Shown one piece after another: positions 21,110-33,975 of a stretch of DNA of 64,000 nt. Source of the stretch: Coraliomargarita sp. (GTDB lineage Bacteria; Verrucomicrobiota; Verrucomicrobiia; Opitutales; Coraliomargaritaceae); the NCBI GenBank assembly GCA_965216325.1, contig OZ244160.1, positions 2,944,001 to 3,008,000 on the forward strand, given 5' to 3'. Numbering within the stretch: position 1 is the first letter of the stretch; the number at the start of each line of letters is the position of its first letter. A model generated the notes under the pieces. It was not told where the DNA came from. It ran no database searches and saw only the letters and a list, made by a program, of their open reading frames with translations. A program made the translations under genes and the position numbers.

Positions 21110-21955
21110 TTACTTCAAGAAGCGTTCGGTGAGCTGCTCAATGACGTAATCGCGGGCCTCTTCGACGCTGTCGATGATCTTCACAAGCTCCAAGTCTTCG
21201 GGAGAGATGGTGCCCCATTTGGCAAGGGCTTCGAGGTTGAGGATGTCGTTCCAGAAATCGCTGCCAAACAATACGATGGGGGGCACTGCTGGTGTCTTAT
21301 TCGTTTGAATTAAGGTGAGTGTCTCAAACAGTTCGTCCATTGTGCCGAAACCTCCGGGGAAGGCGATCAGGGCTTTGGCCATGGTGACGAACCAGTATTT
21401 GCGCACAAAGAAGTAGTGGAACTCGAACTGGAGCTCATCGGGCACGTACTCGTTGACACCTTGCTCAAAGGGCAGACTGATGCCGAGGCCGACCGAGCGT
21501 CCGCCGGCTTGGTGTGCGCCGCGGTTGGCCGCTTCCATGATGCCAGGGCCTCCGCCGGAACAGACGACGAAACGGCGATGATCTTCGTGAAGGCTCATGG
21601 ACCACTTGGTGAGCTCTTCGGCCAGTTCGACGGCAGCAGTATAGTAGGGAGCTGCGCGAACGTTACAGTTGGCAAAGTGGAGGCGGCGAGCTTCTTCTGG
21701 CGTTGGGTTATCGAGGTCTTTGATTTCGGATTTTATCCGTACCAAATCAGCGGCAGCGACTTCGGGTGGGCGCGTGCGGGCTGAACCGAACATGACGATG
21801 GTGTCCTCGATATTCTCGGTTTCAAAGCGGGGGCCCGGCTCGATCATTTCGCAGAGCACTCGGATTGAGCGGGCGGGGTCGCTGGTCAGGAAATCGAGAT
21901 TCTTATATGCTTTGAGCGGCCAGTCGTCCTGAGGGTAATCTTGGGGTGTTGTCAT
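21110..21955 (-). CDS. LOG family protein (TIGR00730-like)
   Basis: SGGGPGIMEAANRGA and PGGFGTMDE motifs. Confidence 0.9.
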   Translation of the reverse strand: MTTPQDYPQDDWPLKAYKNLDFLTSDPARSIRVLCEMIEPGPRFETENIEDTIVMFGSARTRPPEVAAADLVRIKSEIKDLDNPTPEEARRLHFANCNVRAAPYYTAAVELAEELTKWSMSLHEDHRRFVVCSGGGPGIMEAANRGAHQAGGRSVGLGISLPFEQGVNEYVPDELQFEFHYFFVRKYWFVTMAKALIAFPGGFGTMDELFETLTLIQTNKTPAVPPIVLFGSDFWNDILNLEALAKWGTISPEDLELVKIIDSVEEARDYVIEQLTERFLK

Positions 21956-22110
21956 AATAATATTCGTGTATGGTATGGAAAACTAGAGCCTGTAACGGAT
22001 CGTTCGATTTAGCAACCTCATGTCGGTAAGTTTTAGGATTGCGAGCGGCGGATTCCGCGCATGTTCTTGACCACTTATTGACCCTCAAACGCACGAATAA
22101 TTCCTAGCTC

Positions 22111-25100
22111 ATGTATCTCAAAGAGATCGTCATCAGTGGCTTCAAAAGTTTCGCCGACAGAACCAAACTCGATTTGCGCCGTGGCGTGACTGCCGTTGTA
22201 GGGCCGAATGGCTGTGGTAAGAGTAATATTGTCGATGCGATCCGCTGGGTGCTCGGTGAGCAGAGCGCGAAAGCGCTGCGTGGTGCGTCGATGCAGGACG
22301 TTATTTTTGAAGGCACCGACAAGCGCAAGGGCCTGCCATTTTGTGAGGTAGCGCTCACTTTTACCGACTGTGAAGAAGAGCTCGGGACTGCCTTTAACGA
22401 GGTGGAAATTTCTCGCCGTGTGACGCGTGAGGGGGGCTCGGATTACTACATCAACGGCAAGGTTTCTCGTCTGAAGGACATTCAGCGCCTGTTCGCCAAC
22501 ACAGGTGTGGGGCGTGTGTCTTATTCCTTCATGCTACAGGGGCAAATCGACCAGATTTTGTCTACCAATCCGGCTGAACGCCGCACGATTTTCGAAGAGG
22601 CTGCGGGTATTACGCTCTACAAGGCGCAGCGCAAGGAAGCACTCAACAAGTTGGGCCTTGTCGATGCAAACTTGGCGCGTGTGACTGATGTGATCGAAGA
22701 AGTCAGCCGTCAAATCGGATCGCTTAAGCGTCAGGCGAGCAAAGCGCTTCGTTATCAACGGATTAAGCATCGCCTGTCGCACTTGGACTTGGCCTTTAAT
22801 GCCTACCGTCACGCCAACTTGAGCGAGTCGATCGATGCGGTTGCTAGCCGCGCGGAAGAAGTGCGCTCAAAGCTCGAAGCACACACGAACGCTTTAGACG
22901 CCGACGAAGAGGCACTCGCAGTCAAGAAGGCCGCACGTGGTGAACTGTTCGAAAAGATGCAGGAGCTGCAGCAGCGAGTTTATAATTTACGCTCCGAAAA
23001 GGAGAACGCGGACAATCAGTCTGAGTTTGCTGAGATTCGCGCCAAGGATTTGGAAGGTCGTATTTTTGAGTATCAAAACGAGATCGAAGGCCTTGAAGAA
23101 CAAAAGGAAGCGCTGGCAGAGCGTGCGGAGAACGAGGCTGAGAACAAGCAGATGCAGCTCGACGTGGTCGACGACTCCGACCGTATTTTTCAAGATCGCA
23201 GTAGTGAACTGGTTCGTGCGCAGGAACAACTTGGCGAAATGGAGGCGGAACTGCAGCGCCGTCGTCAGGAAGTCTTGCACGCCGAGAATCGTATCAGTCG
23301 TGCCCGTTCGAATTGCACGACTTTGGAGGTGGACCTGAAGACCTACCAGGTCAAGCATGCCTCACTGTCGGAGACGGTTCTGCAACTGAACGAGGAGGTC
23401 GAAGTGCTGGAGCGTGATCTTGGTGAGATCCAACGCACATTGACCAAGCGTCGCCAGGAGCAGGAAGCCAGTGAGTCGGCAGTTGAGGCGGCCCGTGAAG
23501 AATCTAAAGCGATCTTGAACCAGTTTCGCTCGCTGCAGGAGCGCATTCAGGAACAAGATCGTGGTGTCGCGCGCAAGACGGCTCAGCTCAATGTGCTTGA
23601 AGGCCTACAGGCAAAGTTCGAAGGCTTCGGCGAAGGCGCGAAAGCAATCCTTGGCGACAAGCTTGGTGAGGTGGTGTCCAAGGACAGCGTATCCATTATT
23701 TCGAAAGAACTAAAAGTGCAGCCTGCCTACACCAAGGCGATTGAGACTTTGCTCGGTCCTGCAATGGAAGCGCTCTTTATTGGCAAATCCGACAAAGCAC
23801 TCAGCGTCATTGGCAAACTTGACGCAGACCAACTCGGACGCGCCTGTTTGCAAATCGACATCGAGGCTGCGGTCGGCACACCAAAGGTTAAGCTTCCGGA
23901 AGACATTGTTCCCGCCGCATCGGTTGTGAATGTCCGTGACAAGGCACTCTTCAACCCAGCTCAGCGCCTGCTTTCAGGCTGCTACTTTGCTGAAGACCTC
24001 AACAGCTTTATCGATTTCTGGAAGTCGAACCTGGAGTTCAACTTCTTGCTGGTTGCCACCAAGAATGGTGAGATCGTTGATTGTCGTGGCCTGATTCATG
24101 GTGGTCGCACCTCTGGCAAGAAGTCTGCCAGTGTGCTTGAGCGCGAGGCAGAGATCCGTACCTTGCGTGGCGAAATCAAAGCCGAGCGTGAGGAACTGAA
24201 CGAGCTGCGGCAGGAAGCTGAAGCGTTGGATGAACGCCGAAATACCGCTGAAGCGACTGTTGAAGAACAACGTCAGCGCCAAGGCGAACTCGCCAGTGAA
24301 GTGTCGGCACTGGTGGCTGAAGAACGCGGTCAGAATCAGAAGATCGAGCAAAATGCCCGCTCACGGAACGCTGCAGAAGACGAAATTGCGAAGCTCGATG
24401 CACGCCATGGGGATTCGGTCGAAGCTCTCGAAAAGGCCAAGGAAGAATTGGAGGCGGCAGAGCAGGGGCTCGCTGATGAACGCCAGACAGGCAACGACCT
24501 TGAAGACGCGATTGCCCGCGCCCGAGAAACGCGCGATCAAAAGCGCGAGGCGCTTGCGGATGTTCGCTTGGAGCTGGCCGAAAAAAAGCAGCGTCTCGAA
24601 TCGCTGGATCGTGCGCTTGGCGAAGTGCAGCGCGAGACTGCTAGCTTGCAGGAGCGCATACTGCGCCGCAATCAGGAGATCGACACGATCAACGAGCAGA
24701 TCACTAAACTCAAGCAAAGTGGCACGGTTGAAGCCTCCAAATCTGCCGAATTGGAACGCACACTGTCGGTTGCCACCGAGGAGCTTGACCGCGATCGTGT
24801 TGCGCTCAAGGAGATGGATGCGCAGATTTCAGAGGTCGACAGCACGCTGACGGGCCGCCGCAACGAGAGTCGTGTGCTCGATCAGGAAATGACCAAGCTG
24901 GAAATACGCCTCGCCGAAGAGCGCTCGCAGCTTGGTTTCATTCAGAGCAACGCGCAGGATGACTACCAGAAGGATCTCGATCAGGTGGATTGGAAGATGC
25001 AGCTGTGGGAGGCCAACGTCGAATTTGAGAAGCGTGTCAACCTCGACGAAATGGACGACCCGGATAAGATCGCCGCGCAGCCGAAGCGGGAACGTCGCGA

Positions 25101-25836
25101 TCCGACTCAAGAGGAATTTGAGGAGATGGAGCGCACCGATTGGGCCGAGGTCGAACGTGAAGTGCACGAATTGAAGGGCCGCATTGCCAATATGGGGCCG
25201 GTAAATCTAGAGGCGATCAGCGAATACACGGACCTTAAGGAGCGCCACGACTTCCTGAAGGGGCAGAGCGAAGACCTCTGGAACTCTAAGAACGCGCTGA
25301 TTAAGACCATCGATGAGATTAACGAAACCTCACAGTCTCTCTTCCGTGAAACCTTCGAGCAGGTCAAAAAGAACTTTGCGTTCACCTACGAGAAGATTTC
25401 GGGTGGTGGCGATTCCGACCTTAAGTTGATCGACTCCGAGGATCCACTCGAATCCGGCATCGAAATTATTGCCCGTCCTCCGGGCACGCGCCTGAAAAGC
25501 GTGACGCTGCTATCCGGTGGTCAGCGCACCATGGCTGCGGTTGCTTTGCTCTTCGCGATTTACATGGTTAAGCCGAGTCCGTTCTGCGTGCTCGACGAAA
25601 TTGACGCGGCGCTCGACGACGCCAATATCGGCCGTTTCTGCGATACTTTGCACGGTTTCACCGATAAGTCGCAGTTCCTGATTATCACGCACAATAAGCG
25701 CACCATTTCCAATGCGGACACGGTTTTCGGTGTCACCATGCCGGAGAAGGGGGTCTCGACACTGATCTCTATGCGTTTCAACAAGGACACCAACCGTCCG
25801 GAGATGTCCACCGCCGACAGCCAGCAGCCGTTTTAA
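22111..25836 (+). CDS. smc: Chromosome segregation protein SMC
   Basis: [16 protein letters not shown], coiled coils and hinge, LSGGQ and LDEIDAALD. Confidence 0.97.
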   Translation: MYLKEIVISGFKSFADRTKLDLRRGVTAVVGPNGCGKSNIVDAIRWVLGEQSAKALRGASMQDVIFEGTDKRKGLPFCEVALTFTDCEEELGTAFNEVEISRRVTREGGSDYYINGKVSRLKDIQRLFANTGVGRVSYSFMLQGQIDQILSTNPAERRTIFEEAAGITLYKAQRKEALNKLGLVDANLARVTDVIEEVSRQIGSLKRQASKALRYQRIKHRLSHLDLAFNAYRHANLSESIDAVASRAEEVRSKLEAHTNALDADEEALAVKKAARGELFEKMQELQQRVYNLRSEKENADNQSEFAEIRAKDLEGRIFEYQNEIEGLEEQKEALAERAENEAENKQMQLDVVDDSDRIFQDRSSELVRAQEQLGEMEAELQRRRQEVLHAENRISRARSNCTTLEVDLKTYQVKHASLSETVLQLNEEVEVLERDLGEIQRTLTKRRQEQEASESAVEAAREESKAILNQFRSLQERIQEQDRGVARKTAQLNVLEGLQAKFEGFGEGAKAILGDKLGEVVSKDSVSIISKELKVQPAYTKAIETLLGPAMEALFIGKSDKALSVIGKLDADQLGRACLQIDIEAAVGTPKVKLPEDIVPAASVVNVRDKALFNPAQRLLSGCYFAEDLNSFIDFWKSNLEFNFLLVATKNGEIVDCRGLIHGGRTSGKKSASVLEREAEIRTLRGEIKAEREELNELRQEAEALDERRNTAEATVEEQRQRQGELASEVSALVAEERGQNQKIEQNARSRNAAEDEIAKLDARHGDSVEALEKAKEELEAAEQGLADERQTGNDLEDAIARARETRDQKREALADVRLELAEKKQRLESLDRALGEVQRETASLQERILRRNQEIDTINEQITKLKQSGTVEASKSAELERTLSVATEELDRDRVALKEMDAQISEVDSTLTGRRNESRVLDQEMTKLEIRLAEERSQLGFIQSNAQDDYQKDLDQVDWKMQLWEANVEFEKRVNLDEMDDPDKIAAQPKRERRDPTQEEFEEMERTDWAEVEREVHELKGRIANMGPVNLEAISEYTDLKERHDFLKGQSEDLWNSKNALIKTIDEINETSQSLFRETFEQVKKNFAFTYEKISGGGDSDLKLIDSEDPLESGIEIIARPPGTRLKSVTLLSGGQRTMAAVALLFAIYMVKPSPFCVLDEIDAALDDANIGRFCDTLHGFTDKSQFLIITHNKRTISNADTVFGVTMPEKGVSTLISMRFNKDTNRPEMSTADSQQPF

Positions 25837-25841
25837 ATTGT

Positions 25842-25862
25842 TGGGGTCCCGGCTTTAGCCGG
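25842..25862 (+). repeat. Single REP-like hairpin
   Basis: TGGGGTCCCGGCTTTAGCCGG immediately after the smc stop. Confidence 0.4.
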
Positions 25863-25913
25863 ATTCAGGCCTGAATTGAAGCGGTTGGAAGCGCGCTTCT
25901 ACTTTTTCCACAC

Positions 25914-26147
25914 GTGATTTCACTCAACATAGACGTTTTCTTTCTCCTCTACATGGGGGGCGGTTTCCTGCTGATCTTCAGTCTGTGGTTCTATAACGAC
26001 CACAAAGATCGGCAGCGCAATGAAGCGCGCGCGGCAAAAGTAATCTATCACTGCATCAAATGTAGCCAAATTTACACGGGGCCGCAGGGCAGTGAAGAAT
26101 GCGATTGCCCTCAATGCGGCTTTACGAATGGTCGACTCAGATTTTAA
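25914..26147 (+). CDS. Small membrane protein with a C-terminal Zn-ribbon
   Basis: TM helix followed by CIKC...CPQC. Confidence 0.65.
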   Translation: MISLNIDVFFLLYMGGGFLLIFSLWFYNDHKDRQRNEARAAKVIYHCIKCSQIYTGPQGSEECDCPQCGFTNGRLRF

Positions 26148-26203
26148 CACTTGATCCGGTCCTCGGAACCCTCTCACTCTAACTTTTACTCATCACTTCC
26201 AGT

Positions 26204-27751
<1,548 letters not shown>

Positions 27752-27819
27752 GGAACCTAATGGAGACTTTTTGGTCTTCGAGATGTCCTAGTATCGCTTG
27801 GAAGCACTGTTTTAGTTGA

Positions 27820-28554
27820 ATGAAGTCAGTATTTACATTCGTCCTGCTCTCGGTCGTGACCGCATTGTCGGCATCTGCGACGACGCCCCCAACTGCAAAG
27901 GATGTGATCAATCGAGCGCGTGCCACAACCGCGACCGAGAAAGCGCTGAAGGATTTGGTGACGGTTCAATTCGTAGGGCAGATCATCGCGAAGGACGAAA
28001 GCATGCCTTCGGCTACCGTCTATATCGCAGCCCGCAAGCCGCTCTCGCAGCGGATGGTTGTGCGTTCCGGCGAGGTCGAGGAAACGACGATTCTAAACTG
28101 TCAGCGTGCGATCATTGTGCGTTCGCAGGTAGGGGGAAAGCAGGGGCAAATGCGTGAATTATCCGGTGCCGAGTTACAGCGCATCAAAAGTTCGACCCGT
28201 GATATCTTCAGCTACTATCGCCCGGACTATAAGCACGGTGAGAAAGTTCGATATGCGGGAATTGTCCAACATCGGGGCCAGCGCTGCCACAAGCTGGTGT
28301 ATAAATATCCTGAAGATGGACCGAAGACAGTTCGTTACTTTGCGGTGAATGATGATACGCTTGTTTCAATTGTAACCAATAACGGTATTGAAAGTGTGGA
28401 GATTGGTGAGCAGATTGTCGGTGGAATTAAGTTTCCTCAGAAAATCGAATTCTACCTGAAAAACCAAATGCTGCACACCCTCGTGATCAAAGAAGTCAAA
28501 GTAAATAAGCCGTTGCCAGCGGATGTCTTTGATATGCCGAAGCGGAAGCAGTAG
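27820..28554 (+). CDS. Secreted hypothetical protein (LolA-like/lipoprotein-sorting fold suspected)
   Basis: Signal peptide and C-terminal VGGIKFP...VKVNKPLPADVF pattern. Confidence 0.6.
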   Translation: MKSVFTFVLLSVVTALSASATTPPTAKDVINRARATTATEKALKDLVTVQFVGQIIAKDESMPSATVYIAARKPLSQRMVVRSGEVEETTILNCQRAIIVRSQVGGKQGQMRELSGAELQRIKSSTRDIFSYYRPDYKHGEKVRYAGIVQHRGQRCHKLVYKYPEDGPKTVRYFAVNDDTLVSIVTNNGIESVEIGEQIVGGIKFPQKIEFYLKNQMLHTLVIKEVKVNKPLPADVFDMPKRKQ

Positions 28555-28562
28555 CGCTCCGA

Positions 28563-28973
28563 ATGGATGTTTACCAAGTAGGCGTTTGCCCAGTCACGGA
28601 AGATGGAAAGCTGGTGTTGATTACCAGTCGTGGTTCGGGCTATTGGATCTTTCCGAAAGGAAAGGTGGAGAAAGGCCGTGAAGACTTTGATGTCGCTGAA
28701 GATGAAGCCTATGAGGAGGCGGGTATTCTGGGTGATGTTGGAAAAGAATATCAGTCGTTCCCCGTGTGTTCGAGTAAGTCGCTAAAGCTGCACTTGTATC
28801 CCATGCGCGTGAAGATGCTGCTGAGTCGTTGGCCTGAGGTAGATGAGCGCGAGCGCCGTGTGGTATCTTACCACAAAGCAAGAGATCTACTGAGTGGTGA
28901 CTTGAGCGAAGCGCTCAAAGCGATGTGGAAGGAATGGCTGAAGCATGACGCCAGTCGTTGGCTGGAGGAGTAG
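28563..28973 (+). CDS. NUDIX hydrolase
   Basis: WIFPKG...AEDEAYEEAG Nudix box. Confidence 0.88.
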   Translation: MDVYQVGVCPVTEDGKLVLITSRGSGYWIFPKGKVEKGREDFDVAEDEAYEEAGILGDVGKEYQSFPVCSSKSLKLHLYPMRVKMLLSRWPEVDERERRVVSYHKARDLLSGDLSEALKAMWKEWLKHDASRWLEE

Positions 28974-28974
28974 T

Positions 28975-29067
28975 GTAGGGCTTCTGCTTGCAGAATGCCG
29001 ATTTGCGGAAGGAGGCGTCGTGCCCTCAGGGCCTTGAGCCTGTCGAAACGGCAAGCACGAGCCCTAC
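28975..29067. repeat. GTAG-type REPIN, likely cognate to the RAYT at the window end
   Basis: GTAGGGCTTCTGCTTGCAGAATGCC (24/25 match to the reverse complement of 63675-63699) ... GCAAGCACGAGCCCTAC. Confidence 0.85.
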
Positions 29068-30032
29068 AGCATACTTTGGACAAATTCGACGCTGCGTGAC
29101 TCCGACCAGTATTCGTTGTTGTCATTGAACTGCAGAAATCCGCAGTGACCGCCGTCATTGGGTGTTTCCAAATGAAAGTTCGGATTCTTGTCAGCTGATG
29201 AATAGGGAAAACAGCTCGGAGTCAGGAAGGGATCGTCGAGTGCATTGATCAGCAAGGTTGGAATCTGAATGTTCTCTAGGCGTGTTTGGCAGCTGCTTTG
29301 CTGCCAGTATTCTTCGGCATTCTTGAAGCCGTGAATCGGCGCGGTGTAGGCATCATCGAACTGAGCGAAGGTCTTCATGTCGTCGAGTCCATGGTCCTTG
29401 ATCAGTTCAGGGAATCGCGCAATCTTCTCACGCACTTTGGGGCGGAGGAAATTCATAAAGCGACGCATGTAGATGTGATTGCTCCAGTGCTCGAGGCGTT
29501 TCGCGCTACTGGCCAAGTCGCAGGGGACAGAGAGCGCGACTGCTGCTCGGATGCGCGCATCCACTTCTGACCCGCCGTCTCCGAGTAGCTTGAGCATCAA
29601 GTTTCCCCCTAGGCTGAAACCGATGAGTGCGATTTTCTCGTAGTTAGTAGTCGCGAAAACATGCTGTAAGATCAGCTCGAGTTCGTCGCTGGAGCCACTG
29701 TGGTAACTGCGCAGTTGCGTATTCGGTTCGCCGCTACAGCTCCTGAAATTCCAAGCCAGCACGTTCCATTCGGCGCGGTCGAAGGCTCCTGCCATTCCTT
29801 GAATGTAGTGCGCGCGTGAGTGTCCTTCAAGGCCGTGGGTAATAATCGCGAGACGCTTGTTTGAGTGGTTCGTCGACCAATCTAAATCGAGAAAATCCTT
29901 ATCCGGTGTGTGGATGCGCTGACGCTTGCTGGTCAGTAGTGGGACTTTGCGGTAAAGTGAGGGATAGATCGTCTGCAAGTGACCGCTTCGCGCCCAAAAT
30001 GGTGCCTTGTAGTTGGATTCGATGTGCGGCAT
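29064..30032 (-). CDS. YheT family alpha/beta hydrolase
   Basis: HGLEG, GFSLGGN, DDPF and GGHCGF motifs. Confidence 0.9.
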   Translation of the reverse strand: MPHIESNYKAPFWARSGHLQTIYPSLYRKVPLLTSKRQRIHTPDKDFLDLDWSTNHSNKRLAIITHGLEGHSRAHYIQGMAGAFDRAEWNVLAWNFRSCSGEPNTQLRSYHSGSSDELELILQHVFATTNYEKIALIGFSLGGNLMLKLLGDGGSEVDARIRAAVALSVPCDLASSAKRLEHWSNHIYMRRFMNFLRPKVREKIARFPELIKDHGLDDMKTFAQFDDAYTAPIHGFKNAEEYWQQSSCQTRLENIQIPTLLINALDDPFLTPSCFPYSSADKNPNFHLETPNDGGHCGFLQFNDNNEYWSESRSVEFVQSML

Positions 30033-30043
30033 TACTCTTTATA

Positions 30044-30070
30044 GGTAGGGCAGTCTCGCCGAGACTGCCG
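30044..30070 (+). repeat. GTAG-type REP, single copy
   Basis: GGTAGGGCAGTCTCGCCGAGACTGCCG has one mismatch to 62323-62349. Confidence 0.85.
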
Positions 30071-30086
30071 CAGCTTGGTCGATGTG

Positions 30087-30719
30087 TTAATCATCGAGCT
30101 TGCGGTAGAGGTTGATCTCTTTGTCGCCGAGGTAGGCGACTAGGATCGCACCTTCACCCGCAAGTGCATCGAAGAGCTTCAGCGCCATCTCTTGCTCGCC
30201 CGGCCAGGGATACATGAAGAAGAGATCTACTTCTTCGATATCGATGTCCATCCCCTCGTAGCGCGGAGGGGCATCATAGCTGCTGCCGTAGTCGTCTCTG
30301 GCTAAATCGGTCGTGCCGAGGGTTTCGTATTCGGTGAATCCCTCCGGGACATAACTGCAGGCGATGAACTCGGCGTCGACCTTTTGCTGTTCCAATAGCT
30401 CGCGGGCTTTGTCGACGAGGTCTTCCTGTAGTTCGATGCCGGTTGCTTCGTAGCCAAGCAGAGCGGCTAGACCGGTCGCGACACCAAAGCCGCTGCCCCA
30501 TTCGATGAAGGTCTCGCCCAGCGGCAGGTCTTGGTCGGTCACATACTTGAGCGCTGAATAGACCTGCGCGGGTTCGCTTGGCACGTATTTGGGATAGCGC
30601 TTGTGCAAGCCAGCATCCTGATAGTCGTCGTAGCGTCGATCCGCTTCGTCAATGAAAGCGGCGACCTCAAGAGGCAGATCGACTTCTTCCACCTCATAAT
30701 CGAGTTTTTCGTAGGCCAT
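30087..30719 (-). CDS. Class I SAM-dependent methyltransferase-like protein
   Basis: FIEWGSGFG motif I, GIE motif II and YPWP. Confidence 0.7.
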   Translation of the reverse strand: MAYEKLDYEVEEVDLPLEVAAFIDEADRRYDDYQDAGLHKRYPKYVPSEPAQVYSALKYVTDQDLPLGETFIEWGSGFGVATGLAALLGYEATGIELQEDLVDKARELLEQQKVDAEFIACSYVPEGFTEYETLGTTDLARDDYGSSYDAPPRYEGMDIDIEEVDLFFMYPWPGEQEMALKLFDALAGEGAILVAYLGDKEINLYRKLDD

Positions 30720-30722
30720 GGT

Positions 30723-31997
30723 TTAAGCTTCGCGGATTAAGCGGAAGGCACCGGCACCATCGTGTCCGGTTTTCCATGGATAGCTACATTCGCTGGCGTC
30801 TAGTTTGAAGTGCTTACCTCTATCGGAGTTCAGGAAGTGCTTTACCACGTCGGCATTCTCAGCCTGTTCGATACTACAGGTGCTGTAGATGATGCGTCCG
30901 CCAGGCTTGACGAATTTTGCAGCGGCGCAGAGGAGTTGCTTCTGCAGCTTTGCACAGTTGGCGATATCCTTCGCTTGCAGACGCCATTTCACATCCGTGC
31001 GGCGCTGGATGACACCGGTGTTGGAGCAGGGGGCGTCGAGCATGACCGCGTCGAACTCTGTGGGGCAAGCCGCACTGCGCAGTTGAGCTGCGTCCAGTTG
31101 CAGGATATCACTTTCAATGATGCTTGCTTTGACTTTGAGGCGCTGGAGGTTTTCGCGTAGGCGTTCGATGCGTGGGCCGGGTAGATCGACGGCGACGATT
31201 TCGCCAGTGCCGCTCATACCCTGAGCCATGTCGTAGGCCTTGCCGCCAGGAGCTGCGCACAGGTCGAGGATCGCTTCACCTGCTTGAGCATTGAGTAGCC
31301 CAGGGGCAATCCGAGTCGAGGGGTCTTTGATGTAAGCGCTGCCAGAGACGAGCAGGGCGCGAACAATATCGTTGCCGAGTTGTCCGCTGCTGAGTTTGTA
31401 GAAGTTCGGCCAGTCGGTGGCTTCAAGATCTGCGGGGGCGGGACCCGAGGTCTTTAGATAGTTCGTTGGAATCTGTTGATTCCAATCAAGTAACTGAGTG
31501 GTGTCCTCTGTGCCGAATTCTTTGTTCCAGTGCTCGACCAGCCAATCGGGATGGCTGTAAAAGGCGGAAGTCTCCTCGGCGGAGATGTCGTGCAGGGCTT
31601 TTTGCAGCTTGCGTAGGACGGCATTGATCAGGCCGAGTTCGGCTTTTTTGAAGAGTTTCTTGGCGCGCTCGACCGCGTGATGGACGACCTTTGGGTGCTT
31701 CTCAAGCGGTTCGCTGAGTAGTTCGTAGCCAGCCACCAGGAAGACGGCTTCGACCATGGGACGAGGGGATTTGCGCAGCATTGGCTTCAGTGCGTTGAGT
31801 GTGCGGTGTCCGTGGCGCAAGGCCCCGAGGAACAGTGACTGGCAGCTGGCGCGTCGTTGACCCGAAATCGAGTCTGGAAGACGGTCGAGTAATTCGTCTG
31901 CTTTGCAGCCTTCTCGGAGGTAGGCTTCGGTCAGCGCCACGGCCAGATCCCACGCGCTTGCGCTGGGATTAGAGATTTCAAACTTAATGCTTCTCAT
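30723..31997 (-). CDS. rsmB: RsmB/NOP family RNA m5C methyltransferase with a NusB-like N-terminus
   Basis: LDLCAAPGGK, LDAPCSNTG and YSTCS motifs. Confidence 0.88.
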   Translation of the reverse strand: MRSIKFEISNPSASAWDLAVALTEAYLREGCKADELLDRLPDSISGQRRASCQSLFLGALRHGHRTLNALKPMLRKSPRPMVEAVFLVAGYELLSEPLEKHPKVVHHAVERAKKLFKKAELGLINAVLRKLQKALHDISAEETSAFYSHPDWLVEHWNKEFGTEDTTQLLDWNQQIPTNYLKTSGPAPADLEATDWPNFYKLSSGQLGNDIVRALLVSGSAYIKDPSTRIAPGLLNAQAGEAILDLCAAPGGKAYDMAQGMSGTGEIVAVDLPGPRIERLRENLQRLKVKASIIESDILQLDAAQLRSAACPTEFDAVMLDAPCSNTGVIQRRTDVKWRLQAKDIANCAKLQKQLLCAAAKFVKPGGRIIYSTCSIEQAENADVVKHFLNSDRGKHFKLDASECSYPWKTGHDGAGAFRLIREA

Positions 31998-32057
31998 TGG
32001 TCTAGAAAGTGTCCACTATTACTCGTTTACGACTCAGACAAGCATTCGCAATCTATT

Positions 32058-33917
32058 ATGAACAAAGAGGCAATCGATACGCTTATTGCTAACAATCCGA
32101 AGCTCGCCGGCGCGCGGGCAAAGCTCGAAGCTATGGCTCCGGGCAACTACTGCCTGCACCGTAGCTGGGGCTTTGGCAAGATCGTTGATTTCGACGAAGC
32201 AAGTGCAAAGATCATCATCGACTTTGAAGAAGGTAAACAAGGCCACGCGATGGCCGTCGCATTCTGCGTCGACAAGCTTGATGTGCTCAAGCCAAACGAC
32301 GTGCTGGTGCGCTCCCGCACTGAGCCGGATGTAATTGAAGAGCTCATCAAGAAGCAGCCAGCGGATCTTATCTGCGATATTCTCGCGACTGACGAAGAGC
32401 AAGCTATGATGGCTTCTGAGATCGAGCGTGTGCTCGCTCGCGTGATCGGTCCGATTAAGTATAAGAAGTGGTGGACTGCTACTAAGAAGCTTTTGGTGAA
32501 GGATCCACGTGTTGGTGTGCCCAACAAGAAGACTGAGCCTTACATCCTCCGTGATGAGCCAGTGAAACCAGAAGAAGAAATTCTGGAGCAATTCCATGGC
32601 ACCAAGAATTCTAAGGAAAAGATCCTCCTGGGTGAAAAACTCTTTGCTCTATCTGAAAACATTTCTGTCATCCGTGAGGAGCTTCCTGAGATCCTCAACG
32701 AGCTGACTGACGCGATTGCGAATGCAAAGAGCCTGAGCCAAGCAGACCGTCTCCACGGTGTTTGGGTGCGCAACAACCTTGCGCGTGACCTTCACGAAGA
32801 TGTTGAGGCACTTGAGCCGTCTTCCGCTTCGATCCTCGACGCTACCGACGACTACTCAGAACTCGCATCCGAGCTGCCTGCGCAATACTACAAGCGTTAC
32901 GTCGACCTGATTCGCCGCACTTATCCGGACAAGTGGCAGTCCATGCTCGAAGACTTGTTCCGCAACTCCAGCGGTAAGTTCACTAGCGAGTGCATCAACT
33001 TCATGCTTGAGCACGAGCTCAACGAGCGCGTCAGCTTCTGCTTGAATCGCTGGCTCAACGACCAAACCATCAAGGGCCCGCTGCTCTTCTGGGTCGTTAA
33101 GAACCGTAACTCCAAGAAGTATGGTAAGATCATTCAGCCGCTCGTGTCGCCACGCCTGCTTTCTGCGATGTTCTACGCGATCGACTACGAGTCTCTTCAA
33201 AATGCAAGCACTCGCCGCATCCCGCTGGCTGACTTGCTCAGTGACGACGATGAGCTGATCCCGGATCTGTTGGCGGATGCAAGTGTGGAAACTGCACGTG
33301 ACCTTGCGCAGACACTCCTGCTAAATCAGGGCTTCGAAGACCTGACCAAGAAGTCGCTCATCGCACGCTTCATTAAGAAGTTCCCTACGGTTCAGAGCCT
33401 GATCGCTGGTGATGGCGCTGAGAAGTCTGAGGATGAAGGCCTGGTGGTTTCCCAAGCGAGCTTCGATGCTGCGAAGGCGGAATACGAAGACCTCATCGCC
33501 AACAAGATTCCTGAGAATAAGGAAGCGATCCAGACTGCGAAGGAGCACGGTGACTTGAAGGAAAATTCCGAATACAAGATGGCTCGTCAGGATCAGGACA
33601 TCTTGCTCGCTCGTAAGAACGAGCTTGAGGTCGATCTCACGCGTGCTCGTGTGTCCGACTTTACTGAAGCTACCAACGAGAATGTTGGCATCGGCTCTGT
33701 GGTTGAACTCAAGGAAGGTTCCACTGGTAAGACTACCATCTACTCAATTCTGGGTGCTTGGGATTCGGACCCAGAGAACGACATTCTTTCCTACAAGACT
33801 CCGCTTGCACAGCAGCTCCTTGGTAAGGAAAAGGGTGACACCGTAACCACCAAGATCGGTGGTAGCGAAGAGCAGTGGACGCTCCTTAGTATTGCCCGTT
33901 GGGTCGACAAGAAGTAA
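32058..33917 (+). CDS. greA: Long-form transcription elongation factor GreA (large N-terminal extension)
   Basis: C-terminal AKEHGDLKENSEYKMAR and LSYKTPLAQQLLG motifs. Confidence 0.88.
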   Translation: MNKEAIDTLIANNPKLAGARAKLEAMAPGNYCLHRSWGFGKIVDFDEASAKIIIDFEEGKQGHAMAVAFCVDKLDVLKPNDVLVRSRTEPDVIEELIKKQPADLICDILATDEEQAMMASEIERVLARVIGPIKYKKWWTATKKLLVKDPRVGVPNKKTEPYILRDEPVKPEEEILEQFHGTKNSKEKILLGEKLFALSENISVIREELPEILNELTDAIANAKSLSQADRLHGVWVRNNLARDLHEDVEALEPSSASILDATDDYSELASELPAQYYKRYVDLIRRTYPDKWQSMLEDLFRNSSGKFTSECINFMLEHELNERVSFCLNRWLNDQTIKGPLLFWVVKNRNSKKYGKIIQPLVSPRLLSAMFYAIDYESLQNASTRRIPLADLLSDDDELIPDLLADASVETARDLAQTLLLNQGFEDLTKKSLIARFIKKFPTVQSLIAGDGAEKSEDEGLVVSQASFDAAKAEYEDLIANKIPENKEAIQTAKEHGDLKENSEYKMARQDQDILLARKNELEVDLTRARVSDFTEATNENVGIGSVVELKEGSTGKTTIYSILGAWDSDPENDILSYKTPLAQQLLGKEKGDTVTTKIGGSEEQWTLLSIARWVDKK

Positions 33918-33941
33918 TTCAGCTTCAGTTAGTTATCTTTC

Positions 33942-33973
33942 AAAGCGCCTCTCTATTAGGGAGGCGCTTTTTT
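33942..33973 (+). terminator. Rho-independent terminator of greA (group IIC intron target)
   Basis: aaagcgcctc-tctattagg-gaggcgctttttt. Confidence 0.88.
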
Positions 33974-33975
33974 GT

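Noticed and set aside
32058..33917. 619-aa GreA as a novel fusion
   Set aside because: Long N-terminally extended GreA proteins are already known, for example in Chlamydia and spirochaetes.
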